From a virus: a DNA stretch of 64,000 nucleotides. The stretch spans positions 72,080-136,079 of IMG/VR virus record IMGVR_UViG_3300049491_000383. One strand, 5' to 3'. The notes under the pieces were generated by a model. That model did no database searches. It was given only the letters and a program-made list of their open reading frames with translations, and was not told the DNA's origin. Below are positions 46,716 to 55,698 of the stretch, piece by piece. The position numbers and the translations under genes are program-made. Numbering within the stretch: position 1 is the stretch's first letter; each line of letters starts with the position of its first letter.

Positions 46716-47376
46716 ATTTTTCAGTGATTTTATTTACATGGTACTTGTATTGATCCATAATTCTTGTCGGTGTATGATTCGTATCTTTTTTCCATAGTTC
46801 TGCATGTTTTTCTACATGCTCGTTTGCCATAATATCAAGTATGATATGTAGTCTATCATCTGTTCCATAATTAAATGCAGCGTGCGGAACAATATTATCT
46901 AAGTCAAAAAGATATCCCTGACGCATGTGATAATAGACAATTTCATAATCCTTGTCTGGAATAAAGTGAAAATTTCTACATCTGTTATTTGTCTTAAGGA
47001 CGCAATGTACTCTATGTGAAAGTTCATGATACAGGCGAGGATCTAAGTGTGGCAAGACCTGTGCGTTGACTGGTGAGAGTAAAACCTGCGATCTAAAAAT
47101 TGTGTGATTGTTGAAATGTGTATTAATCAACCAATCATACAAAGGGGAAAGTTGATACTTAAGTCTATCAACTGGTGGTATTAGACTTCCAAAATAATTT
47201 GCTGGCGTAAAGAAATCTGTTGTGGCATCATACCTAAACACCGCATTAAAGAATGCGTGTTCTTGTGTTTTGGAACTTTCGTCGTGCAAATCAAGTGTAT
47301 CTGCAACACCAATACAATACTGAATAAGATCTTCGGGAATCTTCCCCATTTCTATTGTCAGTTCAGGTAATCTCAT
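46666..47376 (-). CDS. Asp/Asn beta-hydroxylase-like oxygenase
   Basis: VLPHLD, RVH..L.TN, PHAAFN.G..DRLHIILD. Confidence 0.78.
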   Translation of the reverse strand: MRLPELTIEMGKIPEDLIQYCIGVADTLDLHDESSKTQEHAFFNAVFRYDATTDFFTPANYFGSLIPPVDRLKYQLSPLYDWLINTHFNNHTIFRSQVLLSPVNAQVLPHLDPRLYHELSHRVHCVLKTNNRCRNFHFIPDKDYEIVYYHMRQGYLFDLDNIVPHAAFNYGTDDRLHIILDIMANEHVEKHAELWKKDTNHTPTRIMDQYKYHVNKITEKYGDEDALRLIYQASLG

Positions 47377-47453
47377 GTTTCGCCATAATAGTATCTTATA
47401 TTTATCAAGCCAAAAACTTTGGTCCGATAAATACACAACCAGGAGGACAAGGC

Positions 47454-48764
47454 ATGTTTTGTAACACAGTTTGGAATGGTTTATACATTCTTCCCTACGG
47501 AGATATTAGACTCTGCTCAATCGGAAATAACCAAGATCCGACATTAGAAATGAATGCTGCAAGGGACAGAGATGGTAATATCATGAACATTCTGACTCAT
47601 GATATTAAAGAGATTATGAACTCGGATAAACATCGAGAAGTTCGTAGAGTCAACATGGCTGATCCAACTGCCTGGAGTCCACATTGCTCATGTTGTGAAA
47701 ATAGAGAGATTGTTACAAACTTCAATCGTGAACATAAAAATAAGAGTAGACGCATCTATCTTATGCAGGTAGACACAAATGGCGTTGCCTCTGAAAATGA
47801 TTTTCAAAACAAGGCCACAGAAGATGGTTCTGTAGATTGGTATCCACGAAGCCTGGACATTCGCTTTGGTAATTTATGTAATCAGAAATGTGTTATGTGC
47901 AGTCCAGAATTTAGTCACTTGTGGTATGATGATCAGAATGCATGGAATGAAAAGAAAGGCGTTAAGAAAATAGAATTTCATAATGGCCAACCGATGACAT
48001 TATTGAAGAATAAACATGATAAATGGATTCAGCCTACAGAAATGCAATGGTATGATGATCCGCGTTGGTGGCCAAAATTTGAAGAAATGATGCCACACCT
48101 ACGTCACATCTATATCACCGGTGGTGAACCAATGATTACACCGGGCCACGACACTATGCTTGATAAGCTTATTGAATCTGGTAATGCCAAGAATATTTTG
48201 TTAGAATACGATACAAATTGCAGTGTGGTAAATGACAAGATTGCTGGCCGTTGGGTCCACTTTAAGAAAGTTGACCTGCGTGGTAGTATGGATGCTATTG
48301 GTGCAGAGTATGAACTCATCCGTTCGGGCGGTAAGTGGGACCGCTTTGTTACAAATGTCAAGAAACTTAAAGAATACGAAAAAGATTCAAATAAGAAAAT
48401 TACACTGAGTGCGCTTACCTCTTGTGTTCAAACTAGCACAGCCTACAGCATTGTTGAGTCCGAAGAATGGTGTAAGTCTATCGGCATTGGTTATCATATT
48501 CGTTTCCTTGAAGGACCTCCACGTCATAGTGCAACAAATCTTCCAAGAGAGGCAAAGCTTGAACTCATCGAATACTATAGAAGTAAGGACACTGACAAAT
48601 CAAAATTGGTTGTTGCGTTTCTAAAGAAACAACTAGAATTGGGCGACACAAAACATATGAAGAGCTATATTGAATTTATGGACTTCCTCGATGTTCGAAG
48701 GAAGACAAATTGGAGAGAAACTCTTCCTAAGATTAGTGACTTGTTAGAAAGAACAATGAAATGA
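47454..48764 (+). CDS. radical SAM protein with N-terminal twitch domain
   Basis: GNLCNQKCVMC, YITGGEP; SD AGGAGG. Confidence 0.88.
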   Translation: MFCNTVWNGLYILPYGDIRLCSIGNNQDPTLEMNAARDRDGNIMNILTHDIKEIMNSDKHREVRRVNMADPTAWSPHCSCCENREIVTNFNREHKNKSRRIYLMQVDTNGVASENDFQNKATEDGSVDWYPRSLDIRFGNLCNQKCVMCSPEFSHLWYDDQNAWNEKKGVKKIEFHNGQPMTLLKNKHDKWIQPTEMQWYDDPRWWPKFEEMMPHLRHIYITGGEPMITPGHDTMLDKLIESGNAKNILLEYDTNCSVVNDKIAGRWVHFKKVDLRGSMDAIGAEYELIRSGGKWDRFVTNVKKLKEYEKDSNKKITLSALTSCVQTSTAYSIVESEEWCKSIGIGYHIRFLEGPPRHSATNLPREAKLELIEYYRSKDTDKSKLVVAFLKKQLELGDTKHMKSYIEFMDFLDVRRKTNWRETLPKISDLLERTMK

Positions 48765-49273
48765 CAAATCTGATTAGGCGTGTGGAAAAAGAGGATGCTG
48801 CAAAGATGCTCTCCGAAATTTCTACTATAGAAGATCTATTTGGTAATCATTATCGTGGAAACACCGCATACAAAGGCAGTGCTCTCGATGATGGGAAGTC
48901 CGTATGGATACACGAAGGAAAGCTCGATGATATTTTCCTTCTTGATGATAAGCTTCCCTTTGTATCTTCATACATTCGTGACACTCTAAATCTATTAGAT
49001 TCAAAGAAGGTGGGTCGTGCCTATGTCTACAATTTGGGTCCAGGACTCGAAATATTTGAACACGTAGATAGGCAACAATACTATCACATTACAAAAAGAT
49101 ACCATATCTACTTTGATGTCACAGATATTGAAATTAGACATAGTGGTCCTCCTGTTGAGTCGAATACCGTTATCTTTTTCAATCCTCTAGAACCACACGC
49201 ATACAAGAACAATTCAGACAAACCGCTAATCTTTATAGTATTCGATACTTACAATGAAACAAGAAATATTTAA
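48761..49273 (+). CDS. beta-hydroxylase-like oxygenase
   Basis: HVD..Y...RYH, PHAY.N...IFIVFD. Confidence 0.65.
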   Translation: MTNLIRRVEKEDAAKMLSEISTIEDLFGNHYRGNTAYKGSALDDGKSVWIHEGKLDDIFLLDDKLPFVSSYIRDTLNLLDSKKVGRAYVYNLGPGLEIFEHVDRQQYYHITKRYHIYFDVTDIEIRHSGPPVESNTVIFFNPLEPHAYKNNSDKPLIFIVFDTYNETRNI

Positions 49274-50150
49274 GGTACAAGAGCTGTATCCAAAAGAGGG
49301 AATGCTTGTCATTTGGTCATTGGGCAATTTCTGCCCATACAAGTGTACCTATTGCAGTCCGCACTATAATGATGGACGAGATCCATATCACTCTTTAGAA
49401 AATATTAATTCTACATTGGCTCTGATTCCAAAGCAGTCTAGGATTATATTTTCGGGTGGTGAGCCAACCTATCATCCTAACTTTGAAGAAATATTAGATA
49501 ACAAACCCGACCATTTTACATATGGTGTAATCAGTAATGGCGCAAGACCGTATGCGTTTTGGGAAAGGGTATTATCAAAACTATCACCAATCATTCTTAC
49601 ATTCCATTCCGAATTTGCAACACTAGATCGATTTCTAGAAACTGCAATGCTTTGCAAGCCCAGACTTCAGAGAATTAATCTAACAATGATTCCATGGATG
49701 TGGGAAGAGAGTGTGAATGCATATGAGACATTTACAAAATTCGGATTACCTGTATCTCCAAAACCACTTGTGAAAGATTTTGGATTTAAATCAAGTTCTC
49801 TAATTGATCAATACCTACCCGAACAGGTAGAGTGGATTAAGAGCAAGAACAACGACGGTGAATTAAAGTACATCGGGCTGTATAATTCAAAAGGCGATCT
49901 TCTAAAGAAGACTAATCCATCTGAGATGTTATCCTCTGGAGAGACAAACTTCCTCGGGTGGCAATGCCATACCCCATCAAAAACTTTGTACATAAACACC
50001 GACGGGAAAATCTATGACACCTCGTGCAAGCAGAGACGCCTTTTAGGCACAGTATCCACCGGTTTTACGCTACAAACAGACCCTGTCACCTGCCAGCAAG
50101 ACTTCTGCTGGTGTCACCCAGACATAGCTCCACTAAAAATCAAGCCATAA
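49254..50150 (+). CDS. radical SAM protein
   Basis: CPYKCTYC, FSGGEPT, C-terminal Cys cluster. Confidence 0.88.
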   Translation: MKQEIFKVQELYPKEGMLVIWSLGNFCPYKCTYCSPHYNDGRDPYHSLENINSTLALIPKQSRIIFSGGEPTYHPNFEEILDNKPDHFTYGVISNGARPYAFWERVLSKLSPIILTFHSEFATLDRFLETAMLCKPRLQRINLTMIPWMWEESVNAYETFTKFGLPVSPKPLVKDFGFKSSSLIDQYLPEQVEWIKSKNNDGELKYIGLYNSKGDLLKKTNPSEMLSSGETNFLGWQCHTPSKTLYINTDGKIYDTSCKQRRLLGTVSTGFTLQTDPVTCQQDFCWCHPDIAPLKIKP

Positions 50151-50180
50151 AAAAAGCTCGTTACCTTTCGATAACGAGCT
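50149..50180 (-). terminator. terminator for the minus-strand tRNA transcript
   Basis: AGCTCGTTA/TAACGAGCT hairpin followed by T7 on the minus strand. Confidence 0.65.
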
Positions 50181-50184
50181 AGAA

Positions 50185-50260
50185 TGGCACCCCGCTAGGG
50201 ATTCGAACCCCAACCGCGCAGCTTTGGAGGCCGGCATGCTGCCAATAACACTTGCGAGAT
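50185..50260 (-). tRNA. tRNA-Trp(CCA)
   Basis: Loop CT-CCA-AA, G73. Confidence 0.85.
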
Positions 50261-50265
50261 ATATG

Positions 50266-50340
50266 TGGAGCCGCCAAGAGGAATCGAACCCCTATTTGAA
50301 CGTTCGTAGCGTTCTGTCCTATCCGTTGAACGATGGCGAC
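50266..50340 (-). tRNA. tRNA-Arg(ACG)
   Basis: Loop CT-ACG-AA. Confidence 0.9.
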
Positions 50341-50358
50341 ATGTAATTATTTATGATT

Positions 50359-50433
50359 TGGCAGGGGAGGAAGGGATCGAACCTTCTAACCTGGTTTCAA
50401 AGACCAGTATGCATACCATTGCATATCACCCCA
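50359..50433 (-). tRNA. tRNA-Gln(TTG)
   Basis: Loop CT-TTG-AA, G73. Confidence 0.88.
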
Positions 50434-50444
50434 ACTGTATAGAC

Positions 50445-50501
50445 AGAATACGTTTTATTTTCAATTAAAAGTTGATTTTTTGAAATTGCTGAATGTATTC
50501 T
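50445..50501 (-). ncRNA. CAGCAA-helix RNA with Lys(UUU) anticodon stem-loop mimic (member E)
   Basis: AGAATAC-ATTCAGCAAT...TCAA-CTTTTAA-TTGA...GTATTCT. Confidence 0.75.
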
Positions 50502-50511
50502 TTAGAAAACT

Positions 50512-50748
50512 TTACTTTACGAAGTTGGGTTGACCTTCTCGGGCTTTCCACTTCAAATGGATCCATCCTTTTGGTACATAATGACTAATTCCAGTCTCGT
50601 CAAACAGACGATGACCTCCTGCACTAACCGATAACTTCGATGGCTTTGAAATTGTTACAACTTCTCCGCCAGGAAATGTGTATGAGCGGTAATCTTCGCT
50701 CGAAATATCTGAAAAGATATTGCTTGATTCATTAACAAATGGTGTCAT
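50512..50748 (-). CDS. conserved phage hypothetical protein
   Basis: Likely start MTPFVNES after SD AGGAGG; the longer ORF-track version overlaps a tRNA. Confidence 0.55.
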   Translation of the reverse strand: MTPFVNESSNIFSDISSEDYRSYTFPGGEVVTISKPSKLSVSAGGHRLFDETGISHYVPKGWIHLKWKAREGQPNFVK

Positions 50749-50831
50749 AAGACCTCCTAATTGATTAAAACACTTACTTGCCTTGGAAATCAAGGACGAA
50801 GTGTATTGAATCATATTTATCTGATTTCTAT

Positions 50832-50908
50832 TGGTACCCCTAGTTGGATTCGAACCTACAACCAACAGATTTTAAGTCTGTCCGCACTACCGATTAGCGT
50901 ATAGGGGC
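50832..50908 (-). tRNA. tRNA-Leu(TAA) with short variable loop
   Basis: Loop CT-TAA-AA, 4-5 nt variable loop, A73. Confidence 0.85.
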
Positions 50909-51093
50909 ATAAAAGATCAGTATGAGTTCGAATTTTGCTGTGAACCTGCAGCCGGTTATTCCACAGTTGAGGGCTATGCCTTGCCACAGATGCACCCCGG
51001 CTCGACAATATTCGACCAACCTTCCAGGAGCTTGCTCACAATGTCCTGGATAAAGCCCGGTGTGACTGTGTCTCCCCATACTGAAGGGCAAAA

Positions 51094-51185
51094 TGGAGGC
51101 CAGGGTTGGATTCGAACCAACGATGTATACCTGGGTAGTTTCCCGCTTTGCAGACGGGTGCGTTCGGCCGCTTTGCTACCTGGCC
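51094..51185 (-). tRNA. tRNA-Cys(GCA) with extended variable region
   Basis: Loop CT-GCA-AA, U73, ~20-nt variable region. Confidence 0.82.
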
Positions 51186-51335
51186 ATATTCTGACTGCTA
51201 ATGTATTAGACCGTTGCAGTACATATGCAACAGTATACCACCTGCATTGCAAGTGAGCAAGATCAATCTAATAACGTAGTAACTTCGTTTATAATCCGAC
51301 GTATACCACCGCTGTAGCACATACAGGTCGGCTTC

Positions 51336-51713
51336 TTAGGTTGCGTCTGCGCCCAATTCTTCCTGAAGCTTCTTGAACATTTTGATCTTGGATGCCTTAT
51401 CCTTTAGTTCCTTCTTGAACTTACGCTCAAGTGCAGCTTCTTCTCTCTTCTTTTTTTCCTCTTCGGCCTTCTTGGCTTCAGCGTTAGCAATTGCTAAGTA
51501 ATCCTTGAGGGTTCTTGCAACGAATGCCTTTGTATCTAACGGCTGTTCAAGAATTTGAAATCCCATTCTTGGTGCTGCGAATTGCAGAGCCTTAAACTCT
51601 TCATCAGTAACTGATTCCCATTCAGTAATGCTAGTTACAATCTTGTTGTAATCTTCACCATCATATCCAGAATAGAATTCACGTGATGTGATAATTGCAA
51701 TCTTGTGTGTCAT
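51336..51713 (-). CDS. hypothetical protein with C-terminal coiled coil
   Basis: Likely start MTHKIAII. Confidence 0.5.
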   Translation of the reverse strand: MTHKIAIITSREFYSGYDGEDYNKIVTSITEWESVTDEEFKALQFAAPRMGFQILEQPLDTKAFVARTLKDYLAIANAEAKKAEEEKKKREEAALERKFKKELKDKASKIKMFKKLQEELGADAT

Positions 51714-51801
51714 AGTTTTCCTTATATAGTCAGAGTGCGCTTTCTTTTCAAGATAATGGTTTGAAATTGTTTTAGGTTTGCGGTAAACACTCTTTAGAAA
51801 G

Positions 51802-51885
51802 TGGTGGGGCGTCCAGGTAACGATCCTGGCGGGCCGAAGCAACGGATTTACAGTCCGCTCCATCTCCTTAGTGGTCTACCACCCC
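51802..51885 (-). tRNA. tRNA-Tyr(GTA), atypical T-loop
   Basis: Loop CT-GTA-AA, variable arm, T-loop ATCGTTA. Confidence 0.8.
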
Positions 51886-51956
51886 GTATTGGTCAGCAGA
51901 ACGTTGCCAGCGTGGAGAAACATTGTCTATGAGAACAAGCGGTTCTACTCCAATAT

Positions 51957-52247
51957 CTATACACCATCTGCTTCAGCTATTGCTGCCATCAGGCATAATG
52001 CAAGAACTCTTCGCTTTTGGTTTGTTGGTTCCTTCGGTGAACCAAACGTTCCTCTATACAATGTATTATTGTATTTTTCATTTTGAAACAAGTAACACAT
52101 CGCCATAGCTTCCGGAATGTTGTAGTTGAAGAATTCCATTGACATGGGCTTCTTATATTTCACCATGTAGATAGCTGTGCAACAAAACAAAGCCTTTCCA
52201 GACTCCACTAGCTTTGCTGCTTCAAGGTATAGTGTACTTGTCTTCAT
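51957..52247 (-). CDS. hypothetical protein
   Basis: 96-aa ORF. Confidence 0.45.
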   Translation of the reverse strand: MKTSTLYLEAAKLVESGKALFCCTAIYMVKYKKPMSMEFFNYNIPEAMAMCYLFQNEKYNNTLYRGTFGSPKEPTNQKRRVLALCLMAAIAEADGV

Positions 52248-52421
52248 TTATCAATCTCAATGTCTTCGCCACGAAGTTTTGCAACTGTCGCAGCTTCTTT
52301 ACACTTCTTTGATTTACAAAAGTAAGTCCTTCCTATGCCCTTGCGATCATTTGGCTGCAAGGAAAACATATACTTTCTGCAATTATCACAGTGAACATCA
52401 ATTGTTCTGCTTGTCATATTA

Positions 52422-52497
52422 TGGTAGGCCCTGACAGCATCGAACTGTCATCACTCCGCTTAAAAGGCGGGTCTCTAGCCATTTGAGTTAAGGACCC
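52422..52497 (-). tRNA. tRNA-Lys(TTT)
   Basis: Loop CT-TTT-AA. Confidence 0.9.
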
Positions 52498-52506
52498 ATT
52501 GTATTG

Positions 52507-52581
52507 TGGTAGGACCGGGGAATTTCGAAATCCCGACCAACGGATTAAAAGTCCGCTGCTCTTCCTCTGAGCTACGATCCC
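52507..52581 (-). tRNA. tRNA-Lys(TTT), second copy
   Basis: Loop CT-TTT-AA. Confidence 0.88.
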
Positions 52582-52586
52582 TCAGA

Positions 52587-52883
52587 TTATTTCGATGGTT
52601 TAGTTAGGACTTCGTGTCCATCTCCTTGTTGTCCCGGTGTTGCCATTGTAGTTCCTTGTGACGCGATGCGCCTGTTAAGTAATTCTCTTAAATCTTTCAT
52701 GTTGCCTGCCTGTGCTCCGGTCATCCAATGATTAAGACTGGGTGAAAGATAATATGCAAGCTTTCTATATAGGTCGCTATCGCCTTCTGTCTCCTCAACA
52801 TGCTTCTGAAGAAGCAATGCATTAGACAGGGCAATACTGAGACTGTTCTCAATGTGATCGATATAATTCTTCACAACGTCCAT
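52587..52883 (-). CDS. hypothetical protein
   Basis: Likely start MDVVKNY. Confidence 0.45.
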   Translation of the reverse strand: MDVVKNYIDHIENSLSIALSNALLLQKHVEETEGDSDLYRKLAYYLSPSLNHWMTGAQAGNMKDLRELLNRRIASQGTTMATPGQQGDGHEVLTKPSK

Positions 52884-52895
52884 TGTAATCCTTAG

Positions 52896-52984
52896 TGGCG
52901 GATGATAGAGGATTTGAACCTCTGGACCGTTTATAGGTCGACGGTTTAGCAAACCGTTGCAATAAGCCTCTCTGCCAATCATCC
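52896..52984 (-). tRNA. tRNA-Ser(GCT)
   Basis: Type II, loop TT-GCT-AA, G73. Confidence 0.9.
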
Positions 52985-53135
52985 AAATTTTAAATCCTTG
53001 TAGGGAGTCGAACCCTGAGAGTATCAGTCTCTAGACCTTAGCCGTGTACCTACTAGATTTCGGGTTGCCTTTCTCTGATACATACTCGGCATGCGGTCCT
53101 ACTTCTCGTTCGGCGATCTAACAAGGACAAGTCTA

Positions 53136-53378
53136 TTATAGAGTCGTTGCTTTCTCAGAAGCAATCGACTCCAGATGCTTGCGAATGTAACGCATGAATA
53201 GCATCGCTTTATCTTCTCTTAGAAATACACCGTCTCCCACATCCTCAATAGGAACAGGGAACTCAAAACCATCAACTTCTTTGTCAAATGCCTCAACGCG
53301 GTAGAATAATTCTCCCTTGCGGTACATTACAAATTGAACACGGTTACCAGAGGCAACGTATGATTTTAAAGTTGGCAT
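53136..53378 (-). CDS. conserved phage hypothetical protein
   Basis: YRKGEL.Y...FEFPVP..D.GDG.F...DKA..FMRYIRK. Confidence 0.65.
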   Translation of the reverse strand: MPTLKSYVASGNRVQFVMYRKGELFYRVEAFDKEVDGFEFPVPIEDVGDGVFLREDKAMLFMRYIRKHLESIASEKATTL

Positions 53379-53500
53379 ATCTTTCCTTTATTATTGAATT
53401 CACAGCGCCAGGAATCGAACCTAGAGTACCAATATGAACGGAATCGAACCGTCTCTTCGGGCTGCGCGCGGTTCCCGGGCACCAAGCCTCACTGTGAAAC

Positions 53501-53577
53501 TGGCAAGGGATCTCGGACTCGAACCGAGGCTTTCATGGCTCAGAACCACGCTACTCTTCCCGTTAAGCTACTCCCCA
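53501..53577 (-). tRNA. tRNA-Gln(CTG)
   Basis: Loop TT-CTG-AG, G73. Confidence 0.82.
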
Positions 53578-53662
53578 ATTGTCTTTGGTGCCCCCGGGCT
53601 TACACCTACTACCTCATGTGGCCTACATGAGCGTTCTTCCATTCCAGGATGAGAGCATTATT

Positions 53663-53738
53663 TGGCATGCCTACGGGGAATCGAACCCCGCTTTACACCG
53701 TGAAAGGGTGTCGTCCTAAACCGATAGACGATAGGCAC
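53663..53738 (-). tRNA. tRNA-Glu(TTC)
   Basis: Loop CT-TTC-AC. Confidence 0.92.
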
Positions 53739-53744
53739 AATGTA

Positions 53745-53816
53745 TGGCAAGGGCGATGAGAATCGAACTCATTCCAACCAGGTTCAAAGCCTAGTGTCTC
53801 TCCAAGAGTCGCCCCA
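53745..53816 (-). tRNA. tRNA-Gln(TTG), compact D-arm
   Basis: Loop CT-TTG-AA; D-arm CTCT-TGG-AGAG. Confidence 0.75.
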
Positions 53817-53822
53817 ATTGTA

Positions 53823-53899
53823 TGGCATCCCCATTGGGATTCGAACCCAACTTTCCACCTTGAGAGGGTAGCGTCCTGAAACCACTAGACGATGGAGAT
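53823..53899 (-). tRNA. tRNA-Glu(CTC)
   Basis: Loop CT-CTC-AA. Confidence 0.9.
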
Positions 53900-53910
53900 A
53901 TAAATATATC

Positions 53911-54360
53911 GTGTTAAAACAAATAGATACAGATCCATTCATTGAATATCCAGAACTGCTCGACATCTGGCCACATAGGCGAGTCGAAATACTCCGTGAT
54001 GTACAGGATTGTTTGGAACATCCAGAACTTGAGCGAATGTTTCTAATAATTTACAACAACAAACCGGTAGGTATCACAGGTTATTACCAATATGATAACC
54101 AAGTCGGTCTAAACTGGCACGGTATTCTTAAAGAATACAGCGGGTATGGATACGGACTAGCAGCACTTAAGGAATTACTTCCTCTTGCCATTGCCCATTA
54201 TCCCAATGCTACATATCTAATTGAAGAATTACCTGCAATCTCTGAAAAAGAACTTAGTAGTTTCTTTCTAAAGGCCGGCTTTATGAAAACAAACATACTT
54301 GTTGATAAACCGTGGATCACAGACGATACCGATTGGATCGAATATCGTCTAAAACTCTAA
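53911..54360 (+). CDS. GNAT-family acetyltransferase
   Basis: PVGITG, WHGIL.EYSG.GYG, FFLKAGF. Confidence 0.75.
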   Translation: MLKQIDTDPFIEYPELLDIWPHRRVEILRDVQDCLEHPELERMFLIIYNNKPVGITGYYQYDNQVGLNWHGILKEYSGYGYGLAALKELLPLAIAHYPNATYLIEELPAISEKELSSFFLKAGFMKTNILVDKPWITDDTDWIEYRLKL

Positions 54361-54550
54361 TCCCAACCAAGCGTTACCTCTGTAACATACAGATGGCACA
54401 TGACGCTCTTATAATTCAGCCTAATTAGGAGGTTGGCACCATTTTTATAAGTGATGACTCCACGATTATATCGTTTATGTATGGCCATCCACGTGGGGAC
54501 CCGTACCTTGTCACCTACTTGAAATATGTGCCGTGCCATTGTTATCCTTA

Positions 54551-54621
54551 TGGACCCACCGGAGGGATTCGAACCCCCTACATGACGTTCGTAGCGTCTT
54601 GGCTATTCCAATAGCGGTGAG
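54551..54621 (-). tRNA. tRNA-Arg(ACG), compact D-arm
   Basis: Loop CT-ACG-AA; D-arm CTATT-GG-AATAG. Confidence 0.7.
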
Positions 54622-54893
54622 ATTAATAATATTTATCAAATACAGTCAGTTGACGTCTTTGCTTACTATAGTATTCTCTCTCAAGTCTGTCAACATCGGC
54701 TGCGTCTTGCGGATGGCCGGCTGTGATGTAAGCTTCCAGGTTGTGATGGTAGCTAGGCTCTGCGAAAATTTCTTTGATGTAAGCGATAAAGTTTGAAAAC
54801 ATAATGTGCTCCTTAGTATTGATAACTATTTACCAATATTTGCTGCATTGCAGCATTTATATCAGTATAAACACTAAGAACCACAAAAGTCAA

Positions 54894-54969
54894 TGGTCGC
54901 GTATGGTGGATTCGAACCACCGTATTCATTCTTATGAGGAATGCGCTCTAGCCTCTCTGCCAATACGCG
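54894..54969 (-). tRNA. tRNA-Met/Ile2(CAT)
   Basis: Loop CT-CAT-AA. Confidence 0.85.
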
Positions 54970-54980
54970 ATAAAATAATC

Positions 54981-55036
54981 AGGATACCTTTTTGCTTTTT
55001 TACAGAAAAGTTGATTTGGGTTGCGGAATGTATCCT
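54981..55036 (-). ncRNA. CCGCAA-helix RNA with Tyr(GUA)-like loop (member F)
   Basis: AGGATAC-ATTCCGCAAC...CTTTT-CTGTAAA-AAAG...GTATCCT. Confidence 0.7.
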
Positions 55037-55099
55037 TTAGAAACAGTGACCGGCTTTATCATTATATCAGATAGTGATTATAAAGCTCTCGGCCGAAAA

Positions 55100-55194
55100 T
55101 GGCGGATGGTGATGGATTTGAACCACAACCCTTTGGAAAGGGTCAAATATGATTCCAGTGATTTGCGTGCTTGCCTATCGCACTTCAACCATCC
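55100..55194 (-). tRNA. tRNA-Ser(GGA)-like, irregular anticodon stem
   Basis: GGATGGT/ACCATCC-G-CCA, variable arm ACCCTTT/AAAGGGT, CT-GGA-AT. Confidence 0.6.
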
Positions 55195-55197
55195 AGA

Positions 55198-55698
55198 TTA
55201 AAGACTATTACTTACGAAATAATCCCTTATGGTATTGTAGGTATGGGGCAATTTAAACCCTAACCCAAGAACATACCGTGTTTCACCTAAATTTAATACT
55301 GAATGAGTAGATTGAGTATTTAGCAGATACATTCCGCCGGGCTCATATACCAATTCTTCTATATTTTTCTTATTACTATGCTCTGCGTCTTCTCCATACA
55401 CCGTATGTGAGTGACCAGACCATATTTCAATGTTTAGTGCTGCTGTTCTATCTGCATCCACATGCCATTTATACCAATAATTAGCAGGTGTACGGAAAAT
55501 GTTTGATTTTACACCAAACTCTTTCATTATTTTGTCTACAACAGGATCAATTATAACACCCTGCGATATGTTAAGTACATCAAAACCATAACCAATGTTG
55601 TTCCAGGTATGATCTTTTGAGAAAATGTATTCCCTAACTTCGTTTAAAGATTGAAACTGTGAGTTGAGCTTGATGAAATTGTTATTCATATCTAACAT
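55198..55698 (-). CDS. 2OG-Fe(II) oxygenase-like protein
   Basis: WHVD..R.AALN, LLNT...HSV.N...RY. Confidence 0.6.
   Translation of the reverse strand: MLDMNNNFIKLNSQFQSLNEVREYIFSKDHTWNNIGYGFDVLNISQGVIIDPVVDKIMKEFGVKSNIFRTPANYWYKWHVDADRTAALNIEIWSGHSHTVYGEDAEHSNKKNIEELVYEPGGMYLLNTQSTHSVLNLGETRYVLGLGFKLPHTYNTIRDYFVSNSL

Noticed and set aside
53586-53656. CCA-ending element as tRNA-Ala(GGC)
   Set aside because: It lacks a T-loop and U33 and has U3:G70 rather than G3:U70, so it is too degenerate to assign.
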